Shown piece after piece: positions 1 through 12,837 of a DNA stretch of 64,000 nucleotides. The notes below the pieces were generated by a model. The model saw only the letters and a program-made list of their open reading frames with translations, had not been told where the DNA came from and did no database searches. The position numbers and the translations under genes are program-made. Origin of the DNA: Rhodosorus marinus CCMP1338 (lineage: Eukaryota > Plantae > Rhodophyta). The stretch lies in NCBI GenBank assembly GCA_029953675.1, contig JAMWBK010000007.1, positions 1,240,001-1,304,000 of the forward strand. Reading direction: 5' to 3'. Numbering within the stretch: the first letter of the stretch is position 1; each line of letters starts with the position of its first letter.

Positions 1-670
1 AATATCCTGGCCACGGTTTTTTCGGTATGAGCTCGTTTTGCTTTTTTGCGACGCTACGGTCTGCGTGTGTGTCGAGCTTCGCTCTGCTTACCTGCTCGTT
101 ATAGAGATTCTCCTCGGAGCTCGTTGAGTGGCTGCTGACCCGCACAAAATCACTAAGAAGAGCTTTATAGATCGCCTGCAAGAGAAAAGATTCCCGTGAA
201 TGAACGAACGCCGGCCGTGACGGCTTGCGGCAAAAGTACAGTTGACGTGCGTACCTTAGTTGGATGAGTCATGAATATCCGCGCCTTTGGATTGAAGTTC
301 GTTCTCTCGAGCAAGTATGGAAGCCCAGCGCAGTGGTCCAAATGAAAATGGGTGATCAACGCCAAATCAATCTCGTCTGCATCGATTGCATCAAAGAACG
401 GCAAAGAGGCAAGCCCAGAATATGCCGGATGCACGCCGCAATCAAAAAGTACGCTCTTTCCTCTATATTTTACCAAGCAACATGACCTACCGACCTCGCT
501 TCCCGCTCCAAGCGGGATCACCTAAGAGTCACAAAAAGGGACGTCGAATGCTGAGACTCTTCAAAAACAAATATCACAGAGGAGCCTCAGGGCTCATGCT
601 GAGGTGTCCATCATACCTCCAAGATATCTCCACCTCCTCCCGGAGGGGAGACTTTAATAAGTTCCGCCAT
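1..670 (-). CDS. CPSF3: Cleavage and polyadenylation specificity factor subunit 3 (CPSF73/YSH1), 5' part; runs off the window start
   Basis: Spliced reading MAELIKVSPPGGGGDILE|VIPLGAGSEVGRSC...FDCGVHP...LITHFHLDHCAGLPY...THPTK|AIYKALLSDFVRV...YNEQ|DI. Exons 670-617, 521-255, 175-92, 6-<1 with GT-AG introns. Metallo-beta-lactamase HxHxDH motif. Confidence 0.92.
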
Positions 671-2647
671 CCTATCGATGACAGTGCACCCGCTCGACCA
701 CCAACCCACTGCCTCCTCGGATTGGAATAGTCAGCAACTTTACTTCACGATCGACTAGTGATTATGGCGGTCACCAACCAATTAGATCAAATACGTACAT
801 TATGTCGATCCTATTAACTATCTATGACCAATTATATCACGTATCTGCTTTATATCAATCCTAGTATCAAAATTAGACCAACCATATTAAGTATACGCTT
901 GTTACAATTCCGGTTAACTAGATATGACCAATTAGATCAGGTATGAGCTTCTCTATCGATTCTATTAACCAATGAAGAGAGTATACAACCACGAACCGGG
1001 GAGGAAAGCTGAAAGCTCAAGGGTTTTGATTCGTCTTACTAGTTAATTCGGTCTATATATATGATATACGGTATCGTTCCAACTTTTTGGGCAAAACATG
1101 AGAATCTGGCTTCAATCACCCCTTCATTTGGTGTATACTCGTTCACTGCTCCAATCTCCCCACAAAACCTAAAAAGCCTCCAAAACTATGGGACCAAAAA
1201 ACCGTGGAACTGATCTGCTCGTGAATAAAAACTGATCGGAGGGGGTCGCTTTTTAGTCTAAAAACTAATTGGGTTTCAATATTAATTTTCTTAGTGCGGA
1301 AGATAGTGGATAAAACCCCTCAATAATAAAGGTTATTGGATCGCATATGATAAAAGGACGTTCTCTTAACTACTTGCCCATTAAAATGGGGGTCGGCATG
1401 GGGAGTTCGTTTTGCCGATCTGGATGGGGGAAAACAGGTACGGAATATTTCCCGTTTCCCTACGCTTCCTAGAATATGACAACTTTCCCATTGCCAGGAT
1501 GTAGAATTCCGAGGTTTTTGCTCCCCACATCATATACCAAAAACGCGTCCCGGATCCTTACGGGGGATAATAAAGCCTACCTCCACTAGAAACCGTTTTT
1601 TTCTTTGTATCGGTCGAGGATTCAGTGAATGGCTTACAAACGATTTTATGATCATTGATTGGGAAATCTAGAAGGGATTGAGATGTTTAAGTACTATTTT
1701 CCATAGTGCCCGAAGCTAATAAGCGTATTCGATTCATATACACCAATAATAGTGACTTTATATTCCGTAGGAAACATGGTTGGTGAGTCGAAGTACGTAA
1801 ATGTCATTAATTATTTCATATATTTGTCCATGTACTCCCGTATGTGTCCATATCACCTCAAAGAGACTACTTTCCAATTCCCGTTCACGGCGTGTCCGAC
1901 TCGAGAAAGCAGAATTCTGATTTTGAAGATTGAAATCCTCGAAAACAGTCTGTTTTCGGTGTAGGCCGAGAAATCTTGCACTCAAGAGCACACGCCTCTT
2001 TTAGTAGGTATATCTGAAAACGTTTGTGTTTAACATTTCCCCCCCTCAAAAAAACAGCGGTAGTCATTAGTGCCAAAATCAAATGTCTACCGACATTCTG
2101 GAATCTCCTTTTCCAGGCGGTTTTCTTCACTAACTCGCTGCAGCCAAAACCTAGGAAAAACGAGCCGGTTTTCTCCATTTCCGTAGTTGGAGGCGGGGAA
2201 GATCGAAAACCCCCGCATCCACAAAAAAGATCAATTCATGTGGTAAAGTAAGGCATTTCTTGGAGAGGCAATTTTTACCTTATTCTATGTACTAATCTCA
2301 GTAGTACGATTCTTTGTGGGAGAGAACATGACACAAATCTGCTACTTTTAGGCTCCAAGGCACGGCTGCTTTGTGGGTTTCACGTTGAAACGGAAAGGAA
2401 ACCGTAAGAGAAGATTCCCAAATTGGGGCGTTTCAATTACAAACTCCTTGGTTTTTACCAGAAGTAGAGACTGATGTCTCAAACGCGGTTTGGGGTTTTG
2501 GACTTGTTTAAGGGGAAGTAGGTCGGCGGCTGGCTGTTGGAGGAGGACTAGAAGCGGGAAGGAGTAGAGGTGCGTAAACTGTTGGGAATTGCGTGAATTG
2601 GTTTATTATCTTTGTTGGAATCGCAGGGTTCTGCTGTGGAAGTAACC

Positions 2648-3560
2648 ATGGATTTCAACGCGGTCAATCAATTTATAAAGGACATTACAAGGAACAACCA
2701 GGTGGCGGGAACGGTTGACGTTGTGCAAGGGGTTGGAGAGGGAGGAAGCCACAGCGGGAAGAGGGGTAGAAACGTCGAGTCCCGGCAGAAGGGTAGGGCC
2801 AAGAATGTTAATCGAAGAGCGGCTGCAGCTGATGATGATGAAGGGGATTCACGCAGAACGATAACGACCAGGAAACGGCCGGCAGAGGACTGGGTATCCG
2901 ATAAGGCTCCTGCCGTACTCTCTTCAGGAGGTTCCGAAAATGAGGGGTTACCGCTGATGTCTATCCCCGAGCGAAAGAGGGAGAGGGAAAAGAGGAGGAG
3001 GGAGGGATTAAACTTGAAGTTCAATGAGCTCGCGCTGATGCTTCCGAGGAGTGCCAATGGGAGGCTGGACAAGGAGGGTATACTAATTGAGGTGATGGAC
3101 AACTTGAAGAGACTGAACAAGGTGATAATGGAGTTGAATATGCAGAATCAGAACTTGAAATCTGAGATTGACGAGCTGAGACAGGAGAAGGCGGAGTTAA
3201 GAACTGACAAGACGTACGTTCGAGCAGAGCTGGACGCCGCTCGGGAAGAGATAAATACCTTGAAGGCTGACCACTTGATGCTGTGGCGGAAACTACGGCA
3301 ACAGGTCTGCGAGGACAACCACTCTCGCTTCAATTAGTGGCAAAAGTATCACATTTTCTTACTCGTGAACTCCATTTTTTTGGTTCGTCCTGCAGGTGAA
3401 TGACTCTATGGCAATGGGTAGGCCGAGCAACCCGAGCGATCCAATGCTCGATGTAGCTCTAAGAACTAAGCTTCTTGGTGAAGGGAACAGCTCTGAAGAG
3501 CTCCAGGAATTGAACAATGTCGATACCAGCAAAGTAACTAGTCACAATGAATGCGCTTAG
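2648..3560 (+). CDS. bHLH-leucine zipper transcription factor resembling plant subgroup IVb/IVc (ILR3/bHLH105-like)
   Basis: Basic region REREKRRREGLNLKFNEL, helix 2 DKEGIL, zipper ELRQEKAELRTDK (cf. ELKAEKNELRDEK). ATG at 2648; intron 3305-3395 gives a second exon ending NECA*. Confidence 0.78.
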
Positions 3561-3905
3561 AGCATGCGGAGAATACTACCCGAGTTTTCGGAACCTATTT
3601 CAGCTACAGAGATGCCGCTTGGCTTGTTCTGGCCGCTGTGTATATATCTATGGTACCTTCGAGATCTGCTGTTCTGATACTCTGCACGATAAATGAACTA
3701 CTGGGGTTTGAGAATGGACGAAATTGTCAAAAGACGGCGCGGAGTGCGAAGTATTGCGTCTCACTCGCACGTGGGTGAAAATTTTGGCAGTGTTTCAGCT
3801 TTCCATAGTCAGTGCTTAATATCCTCGTTAATCTGCACACGCAAAGTATTCCTCCGCAATTCTGGAAAAGTTCGATGTTTCCTATTGAAAGGTTTTCGAG
3901 CTGCA

Positions 3906-4892
3906 TTAGTGTCGCGCCTTGCTTTCATTTGCAAGCGGTTCTTCACGATCCTCCTCGTCGTCCTCGTCTTCTTCCTCTTCCTCCTCATCTTCAGAGTCGT
4001 CATCTTCCTCGATTATAAGCCATGGAAACTGCTCCACTATCATCTCGTGCTTCAAGCTCTGAACTATGAGGTAGTAATTCTCCTCCTCTGCTTGGAAATT
4101 CACCATTGGTCTTTTTTTGCAGACGAAAGGGACATGCAACTGGTTGGCTCAGGAGATCAACTTCTGCAGAGTAGAGCATGTTCACGCAGGACTAATACCT
4201 CATCACGTCAGCAGGCATCTGTGCACCAACGGGAAAGTGGTTAACCTTTTTTCTCATGAAGAAGTCTAGCCGTTCAGCTATGAATCTCTCCCGGTCAGCT
4301 GAGAGGAGCATTCTCGTGACGTAGGGGCTGCAGACATAAGTCAGGACCCCTATTGCGCATGGAAGACAGTTAGATATTGCTGTGCTTACCATGCTGCCCC
4401 TGCCTATCTCGAACTTATTCCTTACCTGTTGTTCCGATCCCAAAGGAGAACATCGTGAGACCCGCTGCTATTTGAGCGACCGGGGACGTGGTCATCGCGC
4501 CATCTCGGAAAAATGCCACTACTGGACTAAGTGTTGTCGTAGCAGCACAAGAAAACAAAGACATGGCCTATAGTGAAGGCAGGTTCGATGAGAAACCCGG
4601 CACGTTGGTGCCCAACAGTTCTGGTAGAACGAACCTTGACCAATTTCACAACCGAATTGAAAGGGCCTGTATACAATACTTCGCTTCCGTCCTCGAGGAA
4701 CACTGGCTCCGGCTTCTTCTTCTCCGCGTCCTCGACGTTCCCGGCCTTCTTCCCATCCGAGGTCATACGCCGCGTCCCATCAAATCTGGAATAGCGTGAT
4801 ACAGGCGGTCTAATCCATTGTATGCGATACTTCGCCTTCCATAACCAGTTCATCCCAGCTAATCGAGGAGCCAAACTCCGAAGTCCGTGCAC
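3906..4892 (-). CDS. TMEM70-like mitochondrial membrane protein (multi-exon)
   Basis: VLYTGPFNSVVKLVK|AMSLFSC...FSFGIGTT|...LTYVCSPYVTRM...KRPMVNFQAEEENYY resembles the TMEM70 family. Acidic C-terminal tail. Start codon uncertain. Confidence 0.6.
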
Positions 4893-5313
4893 TGCGGTTC
4901 CCGAAAGCCACAGCTCTCCTCCATTCGTCCATCATTCCAGTTGACGGAGCCCATGACAACTTTATCAGACTATGCTAGTATGGAAGATCCGGGAGTTTTG
5001 CCAAGGTGGGCATTAGCGCACCACAGACTAGAATTTGCTCAGAAGAAACAAGAAAGAACCAGGAACTAACTCGTCTGATCCTTGAGGCTATTCACCAAAG
5101 TTACACAGTCCCTAGAAGCGAACAACGGCAATTGACTTAGTTTCTTTTCAGAGGAATGGAAAGTCGGCTGTTGATTGGAATTCTGTCTGGAGGAAAGAAC
5201 CGATGCGGAGCATTCAGTGAATGAATTCCTGAGAAAGCTAGCAGTGATTGCTAGAAGTGGGTATGGGGCTTTGACTGGGAGATTCGTTCTGACTTTCTTT
5301 AGGATGAACTAAG

Positions 5314-6850
5314 ATGGAGACTTTCACGGATGAAAATGAAGGAACCCCGAGGTTTGATTCAGAAAATTTCGTACGAACAGAGACAATTAGTTTACGAAAT
5401 CACTTCACGACGTTAATGAGCGATGCCACGGCGCCGATCTTTCGCTTGGTTCTAACGGGCGGTCCATGCGCTGGAAAGACTACAGCAATGACGATTATTG
5501 AGGAGCGGATGCGGACAAGGGGTTTTAGAACCTTCATTGTACCTGAAGCGGCCTCTCTCCTTATTTCCGGAGGGTTTATGTTCGGAGGTAGAGCATTCAC
5601 TAGAAGGATATGCTCAGCAGCAGCTTTGAAAGTCCTCATCCATGTTTCCCTTGAATACAACAGATATCAGCACAGATGAGAGGCGCAAAGGCTTCCAGGC
5701 TTGCCTTTTGAGAACGCAGTTGTCGCTGGAGGAGACGTTCTATAATCTTGCAAAGGTTTGCGGGCAACCATCTCTCGTAGTCTGCGACCGCGGTGTTATG
5801 GACGGTTCCGCGTACATGCCTAGAAACCTTTGGCTGGAGATGCTTGGAGAAAACCATTGGAATGAAATCGAACTAAGGGATCAGAGGTATGACGCAGTAC
5901 TTCACCTCGTCACAGCTGCAGATGGCGCTAGGGACTTTTACACGCTCGAGAACCATGAGGTGGGAATGGATCGAAGCTGAGAGTACTCCTGATAGCTCTA
6001 AAATGTATAACAAACGTTTGTTTTGTCTCCAAAACGGTACTAGAGTCGACACGAGTCTGCTGAGGAGGCTATCGGAATGGACAGAAGGCTGAGGACTTCT
6101 TGGCTAGGACATCCGCGTCTCAGAGTGATCGACAACCGCTCAGGTTTCAACGACAAAATGAATCGTGTAATCAGCATTGTCTGCAATTTGGTTGGTCTCC
6201 CCCAAATCCCAGAGGTCTCCAGGAAATTCCTTGTCCAAGGGGATTTCTCAATGCTCGGGGCTACATCTGGCTTCATCCAAGAGTTTGACGTTGACCAAAC
6301 AATCCTGGTCGTCAATCGAGATGGTGTTGATGAGAGCGTCCGTCGCCGCGGGAGCGGTGGGGTTTTCTCATACGTTCATAGGCAGCGAAGGACAGGCTCG
6401 AACGGGAAAGTGCTGGAGATCAAGCGAGGCATCAACGAAAGGGAGTATCTGACTCTGCTGCAACATGCAGACCCTCACCGGAAGACTTTGAGGATGAAAC
6501 GGAGGTCTGACCTTGCCCAAAAAGAACGTCTGTCCCCATACTGTCCGCAAGCCAGAATCTCTCAATTTCGTTGGCTCTGCAGGTGTTTTTTATATTCCGA
6601 TACGTATTATGTTCTCGATGAGATCAAGAACATTTTCCCCCCACTTTCGCTTCTCAGGACTCAGACGGAGTCCATCGGGACTGAGCTGGATCTTCCACCG
6701 TTCGTGGAGGTGGAGGAGGAAGTGACAAACCTTGAAGACTACTCTGTGATGAACCTATCGACTCTTGTAGCGCCTCAGAGAAAATTTGAGTACGAGACGA
6801 GACTTCTCGCCAACCACAACTTTCTAACAAAGGGAGCCGAAAGTCTTTGA
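5314..6850 (+). CDS. TRPL translocation defect protein 14-like (AAA_28 P-loop NTPase + CYTH-like domain)
   Basis: VLTGGPCAGKTT Walker A, VPEAA, CDRGVMDG, RYDAVLHLVTAADGA, HPRLRVIDN, RKFLV, VRRRG, EIKRGINEREY across ORFs 5314-5679, 5642-5980 and 6077-6850 joined by short introns. An upstream exon is possible. Confidence 0.8.
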
Positions 6851-6899
6851 TAATCCAAGAAGATCATCTTAGTGTTTATTGGAAAGAAGCGATCCATCG

Positions 6900-8200
6900 G
6901 CATTTCTGGCACCGGTGAACTCCACCAGATTATTGCAATTGGATCAGCTGTTAGCGTGATTGGTTCACGAAGAACCAGAAAGCCGAACCCGTTGCCGCCA
7001 CAAAGAGGAAACCTACATAGAGCGATTTTCAAACTGCGCGACTCGGAACAGCTGGGAGCAGCTCATCGTGTAGGCCTCGCGTCCACATCCATCCCCTTCC
7101 TTGCTGTCCAGCTGGAAATCAACAAGGCAGCGTAGTCAATGGAGCAGGCCGGCGAAGAAGGGTGATGCATGAAGGTATTCAAAGCACAATGATCGTCCAG
7201 CAGCCAATTCAATCTTTTTTGTCGGGGAGGGAAGGGGGAGGTGGTTTCGATTTCAAGGTATACTGTTCGTTCCTGTTCCACGCATGCAGAATTGCTATTA
7301 AGTAACCTGTTTTCTACGAATTGAGTCGCGCAGATTCCTGGAATTGCATCGGCATCATTTCACAAGACGAGCTCGGGGCTTTGCGTTGAATTCCTGCGGT
7401 CCGAGACAGAGCGGTCTGCAAACCTAGCAAATCTAGCCTCGCAGCGTGGTCTGCCTATGGGCTTGAAGATTATTGGTTCACCTGCTGCTAGGAAGAGGTA
7501 CCGTGAACTATAGCACTGGCTTGTGTGTTGACACGCGTGTAACCGTGGTCCTTGGAATTTTGGGTTGCTGTTGGTTGCAGTAGAGAACATCCCAGGTGTA
7601 AAGGACTCTTTCTAATCATCAGTTGGCGAATTGATCAAGGGCTGCCTCGCAACTTCTTTTCACGGTTGCCAGGGTTCAGCGTGACACACATTCGAATTTT
7701 ACTGGTGCGATTTTGAGGTTTAAACGACAACCTTGGACATGTAAAAATCCACAGCAAACCCTTGCTTGTCCTGTAAAAGCTGTAGTCATCGGTACGCCAA
7801 AAGAACATTTATGTTGAAACCGAGCTACGGACACCGGACTACCGCAAGACCGACTTTTTCTCGGGTATAGGGCAATCTTCGAACGAGTCAAAGGTGCTGT
7901 GGTAGCGTTCGGTGTCTGGGAGGTTGGGCCCGTCTCCAACATCTGCGTCTGTTCTTGCAGACCGAAACCTGATCAACTCCGTGACCTAGCAGTTGATCCA
8001 GTCCAACGCCAGAGATTCAAAATCATGTTCGTAATCTCACATCTTTGTAATTTCCACTCGAGACGTATATCCTGGTCTGTCAACATAAACCCAGATTGCC
8101 GTACTCACATAATCAGGCCTGTATACCACTGAATTTCTTCTTGGAGACGCAGCTCAAGAGGCCTGGTTGCCGCCGATTTTCAAGGCGGCGGTTGAGCCAA
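6900..8200 (-). other. Probable multi-exon gene of unknown product (not resolved)
   Basis: Intron-like segments GTGAGT...TTGACAG (~8108-8077) and GTAGGT...GCTAACAG (~7020-6958), plus several short minus-strand ORFs in a gene-dense region. No frame could be assembled with confidence. Confidence 0.25.
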
Positions 8201-8251
8201 AACAAACCCTGTGAGCCCCCCTTGCCAAAAAGCAGTGACAAAAGCCTTTTC

Positions 8252-8613
8252 CTAGAGCTCCTTTTCATCTAGCTTCATCTTCAACTCTTGAATTCGCCGC
8301 TGCGCAGCCTCAATCTCCGAATCGAGTTCTGTGGGAACGTCGAAATTCGGTAGCGTCTGAGCCAAACATGCGAATAAGAGCTTCCCGCAGTTAGAACAGG
8401 ATGTATGTCGACAAAAACGGACTCAAGGTAGCTCGAATAACCTACGAGATCCGGCTTGTAAAAGCGGTGCACCGCGCTGCCTCCAGCAAATATAGCTAAG
8501 ACCCCCATCGAGTAGATGATCAAGGTTTCCCTCCTCCGCGCCTTCCTTAGCTTGCTTGCTCGAAGTCGCTTTGCTTCCTTGTAGATTTCAGTCGCAGAGA
8601 TGCTCATGCTCAT
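8252..8613 (-). CDS. Small single-TM protein, DUF4516/BRAWNIN(UQCC6)-like
   Basis: TM segment followed by FAGGSAVHRFYKPDL|TLP (family motif VHxxYxPDLTIP) after removing one GT-AG intron. Ends ...KLDEKEL*. Confidence 0.6.
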
Positions 8614-9514
8614 GACCTTGCACGATCCAGATCGTCCAGAACCTCCACAAAATGATTCTATGATAGTTCAAGTCTGCAAGACGTGCAAAGCCGTTGCTTA
8701 GCCAATATATTTGTTCTCCCGTTACCTTAGCAGATGCCTTCATTGGATAAGGAGACTTTGCGCGGCGCCTTCCACTGTGGAGGGTTGTCCCGCCTCAAAC
8801 GCGCGTCATGGGATTCATAGCGTTTTGGCCTGTGCCAAGATTTATGTACTCTCTATTCGAAGAGTCCGTCGCGATCCATACAAGAGCGCATTCACGCTCG
8901 GTCGTCGTATGAAGCAGTGGGTACATCCAAACGGGCAGAACTCGCGTCATCCTCGAAAGTTCCAGGATATTCAAGAACCGTTCGGTCATTGTTAGGACGC
9001 TGCGTATCAGGTTGAGATGCGACGACTGGAACAGGCAGATCCTCCACACTTGGAGCAGCTTTCCCATGGGACTTTCATGGACTGGAACAAAGGAAAATGA
9101 GACGAGACAAGACCTGTAGCCAGGCTGACGATGGCCTCCCAAGCGTCATGAAATGAATCACGGATGCGGACAAGGGGTAGTTCAAGTATTAGGGAAAGAA
9201 TGTTTCCATGATAGGAACGCTCAGCTTGGTCACGCTAATCTGAAGTCGATTAACGCTAAAAGAGGGCACGAAGCTGAATATTTCCGCCCTTGCAAACACT
9301 ATACAAATCTCTTCCGACTTGTTTATGCACTTCAGCGAGCTACGAGGATCCGATCAACAGGACCCACGATAAGGGTGGATTGCGAGTTGCAATGCGGCGA
9401 TTCCACTTCTGTTTCTTTTTGTGATCTCGTATTTCCAAGCTGATTCATACAACCGCATGGGCGCGCTCACGTAAGCGCTAAATGCGCAATCCGGTAGCGT
9501 GCATTAAAGCAAGC

Positions 9515-11909
9515 TTAGCTTGTCAGCGGGAGTGCCTTGAGATTTCTGATTACTAGATAGGGCGCTCTGTAGATGTACGCCTCTGACACCCACGGTATAT
9601 AGAACGATCGGAACGGCTGATTGGAGCGTTCCACGGAGACGAACTCTTCTCGAAACAGGATCATTCGATCTTCCACCTGTTGCAAACCACGCTTTTTAGC
9701 AGCTAATTTGCAACTTGCTTTGTATGCGCGGTGCCTACCGGTATCGGATTCTCTCTGGGATTGTCATCCGGAAGTTGCAAGTCAATAAAATAATGACAGT
9801 TCAAATGTGGATTTTCCAAGTATTGTGTGGGGTCTTCCTTGTTAAACATGTTCATGCCCTCCGGTTCTGCTTTCGTACCATTCTCGTCCTCCTTAAAGTA
9901 CTTCGGTAAGAGTCCAGAATGCGTAGATCTGGTAAAGCGTAGTCGAAACCGTCGACCGGGAAGAAAAAAACTTGTTGGAAACCGATACCACTCCTTTCCA
10001 ATGCACAAGTTCAACTCCACTTCGCCTTCATTAAGCGTGAGACAGTTGTCAGCAACAGTTAACCACGTTGTTTGTGGTTTTTTGCATGCTCACCATCTGC
10101 AAAATTACTTGGGGAAGCTCTAGGACCGATTCCGCCTTGAAGCTCGTGCCGGCTCAAAGACTGGAACAGCTTGAAAGGTGCGTTGAAGTAGTCGACAACT
10201 GCATACGTTCTTGATATACTGAGCGCGACGAAGACGACTACCGCAGCGAAACTCATCGCAAAATATGCATACGTCCAATGCTCTTGGGGCGGTCAAGAAG
10301 CAATTCAAAAAAATGCATGATGCCGGTGAGGAAGCAGAACACAATCTCGCTGACAACCCTCGGGCACCTACCAGATCTCTTTCTCCGAGCGATGGTCGTC
10401 ATTGCAGCTGGGACCTCATCGGCTCTATCGCTGGATGAGGTGCTCTGCTCTTTTGCGGCCGGTTCCGGCGTATCTACTATGTCAATACCGCAAGCGTACC
10501 GCAGAGTGTCGTTTAGAGACACCGCGGCAGTCAGGAGAAGAAAAGGATATATGGGAGCCAGGAAGCGTTCCTCTTTGTGGGGAACGCTGCAGAAAATCGC
10601 CAGCCAGATCCAACAGGGTGAGAGGAAGATCACCCTGCTAAACGCCTGGGGCAAGCTCCATATCTGCTCGAAAAGGAAAGAAGAGTAGAACACTGCGATC
10701 TGAGCCGGAGAGAATATTCTCTCCCTTTTTTTTGTTGTGGGATCTCAGAACCTTTAGTCCAAGTGACTGTAGAAGCCAAAGCGCCGGGCTCAAGCATGCG
10801 AACGCAGACGCCACGTTGAAATTCAGTACTAGGTTGAGTGCATAATAGGTCCAGTCCTCCACTCCGAAGATTTCACTTCCGGCACCTTTCACTGGGAACA
10901 CGTTGTACATGATCTGGTTCAGAGTAGATAACGTAGGCTTTCCATAGTAGTACGTGTCAAAGGCACCAATGATGAGCAATAGTAGACACCCAAAGGGGAT
11001 CCCAGCAGCAAGGAAAAATGTGATTCCCTTGCGATATACTACGTGAGCAGCCATTGGAATTCCAATCACAACAGTATAGGGCCACCCCAAGAGAGAAGCT
11101 AGAGCAAGGAGACCAATGGCTCGTCTGTATTCCCCAACCATCCACGATGCGGCAAACGCTGAGAAACATATCATCGAGAACGAGCTAGGAAGTAGCTCTA
11201 CAGAGGCGCGGAAAGTCCCGGGCGCAGCAACCAAGAAAACGAGAAGCAACCTTGCCGGCGCTTTCCCGAATCGCCAGATTGTGGAGTCGTAAAGGTACAG
11301 ATCGGCGGCAGTTGACATCACCGCGAGGAAGATCCTCACCGCGAAAAATGACAACACTCGTGCATCGTAGTCCAGTGGAACAGAAGACCTTGCGATAAGA
11401 CTTGAAATACCAAAGAAGGGAGCAAGAAATGCATACGACCGAAGTCCGAACTTTGGGCTATATTCCCAGGCTTCAAACCCGTACCCATAAACCAGATAGT
11501 GAAGTGGTTCCCAATAATTGTATGTCTCATCGCAGTCAGCGATACCTAGCGAAAGGTCGCACATTGTAGCACGCTGTCAGCTGACCCTGAGTTGAAAGTT
11601 GTTCTTACGCAAGCAAGACGAATTGCTTTGAGACTAGACCTCACCGGAGAGGATAGCAGCGGCGATCCTGGTAAACAAGACGACGAAGGCGGCCGTAACA
11701 ATATTTGGCGTCCATCCTTCAAGCTTGTTATATCTGGAAAACAGTACAAGCGCAGCTCGCTTGACTTTGCTTCCCTTTCTTGGAGCTCCAGCAGCTGGTT
11801 CCGTCCGCGGCCCACGACTGACTTCGTTCCCAGGTGTGCCTGCCGGTTCTCGACTATCAGGACCACGCGTTCTCCGCCTCCTCAAGCTCGAATTAGAGGC
11901 TCTTTGCAT
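9515..11909 (-). CDS. ALG9: Dol-P-Man alpha-1,2-mannosyltransferase ALG9 (GT22)
   Basis: IADCDETYNYWEPLHY, WEYSPKFGLRSY, HKEERFLAPIYP, CIGKEWYRFPTSFFLP, FRSFYIP motifs. At least 5 exons. Confidence 0.9.
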
Positions 11910-12406
11910 TGCTGGAGAAACCAACCACCCTCTTCAGAAGATGCTGTTCCGCATGTGTTTACCATCAATCTCTCCCCGTTGATGATCTCAGCGTTCTGAA
12001 ACTTGGGACACTTTTATGCTGGAACGGGGGTGTCAGCGGTTTGTCAGCGGTTCGGTCCCTGTACAAGGAGTACGCACCACAAGCTGCTCATCAACAATTT
12101 TCTTCAAGCTGCGGCGATCGGATATGTTACTACAGGGCACTACCGCTTTTTTTCTGCGGCCGTGAGGTCTTCGAGCATCGGGCATCTCGAGTGAAACAAG
12201 TAGTGATAAACGTAGTTTCTTTTGTTGAAAACAAACTCTGGCGCTAGTTCCGCGTGCCCAGTAAGCTAGAGAACGGCCGTGCGGGTATTTCTAAGTGCGA
12301 AAGTGCCATTACTCAAAACAAAGGTGTTGACCTATACACATCGCTGACCATCAATTTTCGTATACCCATAAACCTTCACGGAAAATCCTAGTCACTCTCA
12401 ATCTGT

Positions 12407-12505
12407 TAGGTGGATGTCGGCACATTGCACTAAGTGCAATGTGCCGACATCCACCTATTGCGTCATCTAGCCTAAAGCTCGATTGCGTCATCTAGCCTAA
12501 AGCTC
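12407..12505. repeat. Perfect 24-bp inverted repeat (3-nt loop) directly followed by a 24-bp direct repeat
   Basis: TAGGTGGATGTCGGCACATTGCAC-TAA-GTGCAATGTGCCGACATCCACCTA (12407-12457), then ATTGCGTCATCTAGCCTAAAGCTC twice (12457-12480, 12482-12505). Confidence 0.95.
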
Positions 12506-12837
12506 TTGCCTTGGATCCTCAATCTCCGTCACTTGGCCTTGCAAATATCCGAGGCGCACAGACCACTCAGATAAGAAAGTTTAAGGGAGAAAACACCTCA
12601 ATGAGATCACGTCCGCCGCAGGCCCTCGAAAACCTCCCTGCGTTCAAACTCTCTGAGGTATTCAAACTCTCTGATCTACATTTTTGGGCAGGCTGCTTTC
12701 AACCACATGCTTGCCACGCCGACTTTGCAGATTTGTCTATATACATTAAGTCCGCACGTTTCAAGCGATGTTCTGGTTAAGCTTCTCCTGATTGACCGCG
12801 CAGGACCTCGAACCGTGATTCCTCCCGGAAAATAGGC

